Part shown: piece after piece, positions 55,301-62,800 of the stretch
Layout of the letters: each line of letters opens with the position of its first letter
How positions within the stretch are numbered: position 1 is the first letter of the stretch
Assembly (NCBI GenBank): GCA_052078155.1
Contig: JBQJBP010000006.1
Span: 34,581 to 98,580, forward strand
Origin: Rhodovibrionaceae bacterium GXU_MW_A322
Lineage (GTDB): Bacteria; Pseudomonadota; Alphaproteobacteria; Kiloniellales; DSM-21159
DNA length: 64,000 nucleotides
Direction: 5' to 3'
Notes under the pieces: generated by a model
The model's input: only the letters and a program-made list of their open reading frames with translations
What the model was told of the DNA's origin: nothing
Database searches by the model: none
Translations under genes and position numbers: made by a program

Positions 55301-56528
55301 CCACCAGTTCAAAGGCGCGGCTGCCGTTTTTGGGTGGCGGCAGCGCTTCCAGCCGGCCCTGTTCCAGGGCTTCGGCATCCGCCAGAATCCGGGTGGGCGG
55401 GCCGTCGCCCTGTTTGGCCGTCAGCAGCAATGTGGCTTCGGCCAGGCCGTAAGACGGATAAAAGGCCTTGTCTGAAAAACCGCAGGCCGAAAAGGTCTCG
55501 AAAAATCGGTCCAGGGTTTTCGGGCGCACAACTTCAGCCCCGTTGCTGGCCACGCGCCAGGAGCTGAGGTCCAGGCCTTTGTGGTCGGCGGCGCGGGTGC
55601 GTTCCACACAATAGAGGTAGCCGAAGTCGGGCGAGGCGCTGTGGGTGGCTTTGAAGCTGGAAATGGCTTTAAGCCAGCGTAAGGGAGAGCGCAAAAAGGC
55701 CACGGTCGGCATGATGTAGCCGGGAATGCCGGAGTAGAGCGGCTGCAGCAGCCCCTCCACCAATCCGTAGTCGTGGAAATAGGGCATCCAGTGGACGGCC
55801 ACTGAATCCGGGTCGTAGCGCCAGAGCTCCCGGTTGTAGGCCAGATTGGCCATCAGGCTGTCCTGGCTGACCATGGCGCCTTTTGGGGTGCCGATGGAGC
55901 CGGAGGTATATTGCAAATAAGCAATGTTCTGGTCGTTGGACCGGGGGGGGTAGGCGCTAGTGCTGGCTGGCAGAGCGCTGCTGTCGATGCGCGGCAGGCT
56001 GGCCAGTCCCTCCAGGCGGCTGCCCAGCTGTTCGAGCAGAGACAGGGTCGGGGGGTCGGCCAGGATCATGCTGGCCCCGGAATCCTCCACAATAGACAGC
56101 AGCCGGGGCAGGGTGCGTTTCAGGCGGCTGGCTTCCGGTGGCGGGGCGGGAATGGCGATGACCCCCAGGTCCAGGCAGGCCAGAAAGGCGGTCACAAACT
56201 CCAGGGGGGAAGCATAAAGCAGTAAGGCCCGATCCCCCGGAGCCAGCCGTTCTTCCAGGCTTTTGGAGAGGCCCCAGACCCGTGCCTGCAGGTCTTTGTA
56301 GCTGAGCTGATGGGTCAGGGTTTCTCCCTGTTGCAGCAGACCCAGAGCCAGTTGCTCGCCTTTTGTGTCTGCCCAGTGAGCCAAACGCAGGGCCAGACTG
56401 GTCTGTGGCCTGTGTCCTGACGACTCCAGACCTTTCTTCGCCTTGCCGTCTTGTTCTATCGCTGCGGGTTCTGGCGTCGATTTGGCAGCCATACTTTCAA
56501 AGTCCCTGTTTACTTGCTTGTGCCTCAC
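52383..56528 (-). CDS. fatty acyl-AMP ligase - acyl-CoA dehydrogenase-like domain - acyl carrier protein (FAAL-ACAD-ACP tridomain lipoinitiation protein)
   Basis: FAAL region ([60 protein letters not shown]); central ACAD fold ([15 protein letters not shown], ...[30 protein letters not shown]); Thr/Pro/Ala/Ser-rich linker; C-terminal carrier domain ([18 protein letters not shown]). Confidence 0.85.
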   Translation of the reverse strand: [1381 protein letters not shown]

Positions 56529-56819
56529 CTCTTGTCATGTCTGGCAGAGGTGTTTTTTCGCTGCGGAATGGGACCCGGTGGACTGTCACCGATTTGTCTC
56601 ATTTCGCTCAGGCCAAGTGCAGTTTTTTGACATCTTTGTGCATTTTTGCACCGAAAGCCAGAGGAAAGCCTGGGCTCAGATTAGCCCGTTTTGGGGGGTA
56701 ACTACATTAAAAGTCAGCCATCTTTTCAATTTGTTGGGTGAAGAATCTGACATGACGCTTATACTACTGTCAGATGATCCGTTGAGGCCGACCTGGCCCG
56801 ACGCAGACATCTTCTGGCG

Positions 56820-59800
56820 ATGACTCCGAAAAATAAGCGGCAGCAGAAAATGAACGATCGCCCGAACAAGGGACAGGACCAGCGTCTGTCAGCGGCCGTT
56901 GAGGCCATCAAGAAGCTCAAGGCGCGGGTGGCGGAACTGGAGGCGGAACGCTCTGAGGCCATTGCGGTTGTGGGGCTGGGCTGTCGTTTTCCCGGCGCCG
57001 CCGATTCGCCTGCTGCTCTTTGGGATCTGCTGAGCCAGGGCCGCGACGGCATTACCGCTGTCCCGGCAGACCGCTGGGATGCGGAGGCCTGGTATGACCC
57101 GGACCCTCAGGCCCCGGGAAAAACCCACAGCCGCTGGGGCGGTTTCCTGGATCAGGTGTCAGAATTCGACAGTGGTTTTTTCGGTCTCAGCCCAAAAGAG
57201 GCAGACAATCTGGACCCCCAGCAGCGGATCTTTCTGGAAAGCTGCTGGTCGGCTTTGGAAGATGGCGGTCAGGCCGGGGATCTGGAAGCGCTCGGTTCCG
57301 TTGGGGTCTTCGCAGGCATCTCTACGGCCGACTACTCCCGTTTGGGCCTCTGGTCGGGCGATCTGACGGACATCTCCGCTTACAGCTATACCGGTTCTTC
57401 TGCCAACGCCCTGGCGGGGCGCGTTTCCTATCTTCTGGGGCTGGAAGGCCCGGCGCTGGCTGTGGATACGGCCTGTTCCTCATCGCTGGTGACGGTGCAT
57501 CTGGCCTGTCAGGCGCTGCGCAACAAAGAGTGCGACCTGGCGCTGGCCGGCGGGTCCAACGTCATGCTCAGTCCCGAGATGTCGGTTTTCTTCTCCAAGG
57601 TCGGGGCGGTCACAGGCGAGGACCGTTGCCGGGTTTTCGACGCCAGGGCTCAGGGCTACCTGCGCGGTGAAGGGGCAGGTGTTGTTCTTCTCAAGCGCTT
57701 GAGTCAGGCGCTGGCTGATGGGGACCCCATCCGGGCGGTGATCGCCGGTTCTGCGGTCAACCAGGACGGCGCCTCCAACGGCTTTACAGCCCCCAACGGG
57801 CCGTCCCAGCAACGGGTGGTCCAGCAGGCGCTGGCGGCTGCCCATCTGCCCGCTTCATCCGTTGATTACGTTGAGTGTCACGGGACTGGGACCCCTTTGG
57901 GCGACCCGATTGAGGTTGGTGCTTTGGGGTCGGTTTTTGGGGATCGTGACGGATCTTTGCTGTTGGGATCGGTAAAGACGAATCTGGGTCATCTGGAGGC
58001 GGCGGCTGGCATTGCGGGACTGATCAAGACTGTTTTGAGTCTTGAGGCGGGTGCTTTGCCAGCGTCGTTGCATTTTGAGGAGCCCAATCCTGCGATTGCC
58101 TGGGGGTCTTTGCCTGTTGAGGTTGTGACGGGCTTGCGTGCCTGGCCAGAGAAGGCTGCGGGCGAGGCGCGTGTTGCGGGCGTGAGTTCTTTTGGCATGA
58201 GCGGAACGAACGCGCATGTTGTTCTGACGTCAGCGCCGGAGCGTGAGGAGGTGTCTCGTGCCGCGCCGGCCCGTCCGGTGATTTTGCCTCTCTCTGGAGC
58301 CAGTGTCGGTGGTCTGGAGGGCCAGATAGCCGCGCAGGTATCCCACCTGTCCGCCGCAGCAACCCGCGGGCTTGATGCCCTTGAGCCTGATGCCCTTGAG
58401 CCTGATGCCCTTAAGCCTGGGGCTCTGTTTGACCGGAGCTGGTCTTTGGCCACTGGCCGGGCGGCCTTGCGGCAGCGGGCGGCGAGCGTTGGGTCTGATG
58501 GTGCATCGTTGAGCGACTTTTCCATCCGGGGGTCCGCCGGGTCTGGCCGTGAGGGCTGTGTTTTTCTTTATCCCGGTCAGGGGTCTCAGTGGGCGGGCAT
58601 GGGCCTTGAGCTGGCTGAGAGCGAGCCGGTGTTTCAGGCCGGGCTGGAGGCTTGCGCGGATGTTGTGGGCTCAGAGCTGCTGGAGGTCTTGAAGGACGCC
58701 GGACGTCTGACGGACACGCGCTGGACGCAGCCGGCGGTTTTTGCGGTGAGCTGGGCGCTGGACCGCTTGCTGGCGAGCTGGGGCGTAGAGCCTGTGGCGG
58801 TGCTGGGCCATTCGGTGGGTGACTATGTGGCGGCGGTTCGCTCCGGGGCGCTGGACTTTGAGAGGGGGTTGGGCCTGCTGGACAAGCGGGCGCAGCTGAT
58901 GGGCAGCCTGCCGGCTGGCGGTGCTATGGCGAGCCTGCGCTGTTCGGCAGAACAGGCGCCAGAGCTGCTGGCTGAGGGGATCGTGATTTCGGCGATCAAT
59001 GGGCCGAGCGCGATAACGGTCTCTGGCCCGGAGGCAGGGATTGCGGCAACGCTGGTGGCCGCTGAGCAGAAGAACATTCATGGCAGGCGGCTGCCTGTAA
59101 GCCATGCCTTTCATTCTCCTGCCATGGCCCCGGCAGCAGCGGAGCTGCGGTCCTTTGCGGCGGCCAGTCCCTTTGGAGAGGCTGAGCTGGGCTGGATCAG
59201 CAATGTGACCGGCAGCTGGCACCGGGGTGAGAGCGCAGCGGACTACTGGGCCGAGCAGCTGACCAGCCCGGTGGCGTTCTGGGCGGGCCTGGAGACCCTT
59301 TACGGGGCCGGTCATCGCCGCTTTCTGGAGGTGGGCCCGGGCACCGGTCTGGCCGGTCTGGTGGCGCAGCTCAAGCCGAAGGGCTCGACGAGCAACGGCA
59401 CAACAAATGGCACGACAGGCCTCACGCTGCTGAAAGAGGATCAGCCTGAGGCTCTGTCACTTGCCAGAGGTCTGGCGGGCTACTGGTGCTCGGGCGGAGA
59501 GCTGGACTGGGAGGCCTATTGCAATGAGCCGGGCCAGGCGGGTCCGCGCCGGAAAATCAGCCTGCCGGGCTATGCCTTTGACCGTCAGCGGCACTGGCTG
59601 GAGACAGCGGCGAGCCGGGCGCTGCAGGCCGGAGGCGACCTGAGCAAGGCCCTCTATACAGAAGAACTTTCTCCCTTGCCCCGGTCTGGTGAGGCAGCAT
59701 CTGAGGTTGGACCTTTACGGTTGCTGGGGCCCGGGGCGAAAGCTCTCAAGCTGCCGAGCGATGAGGCAGGCCAGCCTGTCTATGTCCTGCCCACAGAGTT

Positions 59801-62800
59801 GAGTGCGGCACAGACCGAGAAGGCTCTGGTGGAACTGGCGGGCCTGCTGGGCGCAGAAGAAAGCGTGACGGTGCTCACCCGGGGCGGGCTGCTGGCCCGG
59901 ACCTTTGAGAGCTTCTGCCGCACGGCGCAGTTAGAGCAGCCTGAGGCTGTGAGGTATCTGGATTGGGACGGGCAGGCAGCAGATCAGCTTGCTGAGGTGT
60001 TGAGTGCCGCGCGGCCGGATCTGGCGGTTCTGCGGGACGGCCAGCTCTATGGGCCGGAGCTGAGCCCGGCCAGGCTGGACCTGCCGGGCCAGGACCTCAA
60101 ACTGTCAGAGACCGGAAAGTATCTGGTGACCGGCGGGGCCGGAGCCTTGGGCCAGGGCCTGGCCGGACGGCTGCTGGCCGCGGGAGCCGGTGAGGTGATC
60201 CTGACGGGCCGCCGGGCCGTCAAAGAGATTTCTCTCTCCGAGACACTGAAAGACGCGCGCGTCTCCTATCGACAGCTGGACCTGAGCAAAGCCAAAGCGG
60301 TTGAGGCGGCTCTGGCAGAACTGGGTCCCCTTGCTGGGGTGGCGCATCTGGCCGGGTCCGGGAACTTTGCGCCAGCGGCTGAGACAACGGCAGCCCGGGT
60401 GAAAGCCACCTTTGGCGGCAAGCTGGGCGGGGCCCGGGTGTTGGCTGAGGCCTTGCTCAAACAGGCAGACAAGCCGGACTGGGTTTTACTCTATGGCTCA
60501 ATCTCAGCGGTCTGGGGCTCGAAAGGTCAGGCGGTTTACGGGGCGGCCAACGGCGGGCTCAAGGGCCTGGCGGAAGAATTGAAGGCCCAAGGTTTGCCAG
60601 CTCTTTGCATTAACTGGGGGCCCTGGTCGCTGGAGGATCCAGCAAAGAACCCGGCTGGGGGCGGCATGACCGACGAAGGGGCTCTCCAGTTGCTCAGGGG
60701 CATCGGGGTGTCGGGCCTGAGACCTGCAGCGGTGGGTCTGTTGGAAAACCGTCTGCTCCAGGCCCTGCAGTCCGGTAAGGAGTTACCCGCCAGCCTGACG
60801 GTGGCGGAGGTGGACTGGGATCAGTTCGCGCCGGTCTATGAGGTGCAGGGACAGCGGGCCTTTCTGAACAGAGTTCGTCCCACAGCGCCGCTGGCCGCTG
60901 TTGCCGCTGGCGGTGGTTCAGCGTTCCAGAAGACGTTGGAAAGCCTGCCGGGCGCTGCCAGACGCAGCAAGGTTCTGGCCCTGCTGCAGGAACAGGCGCA
61001 GGCCGTGATGGGCTTTGATACCGCCAGTGGTGACAGCCTGCCGGAGGACCGGGGCCTGTTTGAGCTGGGCCTGGATTCTTTGATGGCGGTGTCTTTGGCC
61101 AGGTCTTTGAGCCAGACCCTGGGCCAGGAAGTTCCGGCCACGCTGATCTTTGACAAGCCGCAGCTGGGGTCGCTGGCGACCGGGCTGCTGGAGCTACTGG
61201 GGCTGTCCGGCGACAGTGAGGGGCCTGTTGAAACCTCCTCGGTGGCAAGCAGCGCCGGGACCCAAACAGAAAACCAGCCTGCGGCTGTGGCGATTGTGTC
61301 TGTTGCCTGTCGTCTGCCGGGCAGCGTCGAGACGCCCGAGGCGTTGCAGGCGGCTTTGCTGGCCGGGCTGGATGGCATCCGGGAGGTGGAGGCGGATCGC
61401 TGGTCGGCGGAGCGCTTTACCTCTGAGGGCGGGAGCGAGCCGGGCACCATGGCGACCAGCCGGGGCGGCTATCTGGATCTGCAAAAGGGTCTGGATGCGG
61501 GTCTTTTTGGCCTGTCGCCGCGTGAGGCCAGCCGTCTGGAGCCGCAGCAGAGATTGCTGCTGGAGGTATCCTGGGAGGCTTTGGAGCGGGCGGGCATTGC
61601 CGCAGACAGCCTGTGGGGCACAAAGGGCTCGGTTTTTGTTGGCCTGTCGAACAATGACTTTGGTCCGCTGCTGCAGGCAGAGGATGGTCTGGAGGGACTG
61701 GACCTGCACCATGCCACGGGCAATGCCCTGTCGGCGGCGGCGGGTCGGCTCAATCATTTTTACGGGTTAAGAGGTCCGGCTTTGGCCCTGGACACGGCCT
61801 GCTCGTCCAGTTTGAGCGCCATACATCTGGCCTGCCGCTCGCTGCTCTCGGGGGAAAGTGATCTGGCCCTGGCGGGTGGGGTGAACGTGATCTTGTCACC
61901 GGCGGTCTCGGTTGCGGCGGCCAGGGCGGGCATGCTCTCGCCCGAGGGGCGCTGCAAGACCTTTGACGGCACGGCGGACGGTTATGTGCGCGGTGAGGGC
62001 TGTGGTCTGGTGGTGCTGAAGCGGCTGGAGGATGCGCAAAGAGACGGGGATCCCATTGAGGCGGTGATTTTGGGCACGGCGCTCAATCACAACGGCACCA
62101 GCGGGGGGCTGACGGTGCCCTCGGGCCCGGCCCAGGAGGCGCTGATCGGCGAGGCCCTGAGCGCCGCCAACATCCAGGCCAGCGACATTCAAGTGTTGGA
62201 GGCCCATGGCACGGGCACGGCTTTGGGCGATCCCATTGAGCTGACAGCGGCGGCCAGAGCGCTGTCCCAGGGGCGCCCGGAGGAGCGTCCGCTCAAGCTG
62301 GGGTCCGTGAAGACCAATCTGGGTCATCTGGAGTCTGCGGCGGGCATGGCGGGTCTGACCAAGCTGGTGGCGGCTTTGCAGGATGAGGTTCTGCCCGGGC
62401 AACTGCCTTTGCCGACCGAGCCCAACAGCAAGATCCCCTGGGCGGATCTCAATGTTGAGGTTCTGCAGACGCCTCTGGCCTGGCCCCAACAAGCAGGCAA
62501 AGTCCGTCTGGCAGGCCTGTCGTCATTTGGCTTTACCGGCACCAATGGTCATCTGATCCTCGCCGGCCCCGAAGTGGCCACCTCCGTGGCTGTTCAGTCC
62601 GGCACTGCCGGTGAGGACGGGACTGACCTGAGCTCTACGGGACCCTGGCCCATTCTGCTCTCTGCCAAGTCCAAAGAGGCGCTGAGCGCCCTGGCCAGGG
62701 CCTATGCGGACTGGCTGACAGGGGACGAGGATCTGGCGCAGTTGAGCTGGACGACGCTGACCGGGCGCGCGCGGCTGAGCCAGCGGCTGGCGCTCCAGGC

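Noticed and set aside
52807-55475. Plus-strand ORFs (53400-54371, 54450-55475 and others) overlapping the FAAL-ACAD-ACP gene
   Set aside because: Antisense to a 1381-aa frame with strong domain motifs; Gly/Arg/Pro-rich translations typical of GC-frame artefacts.
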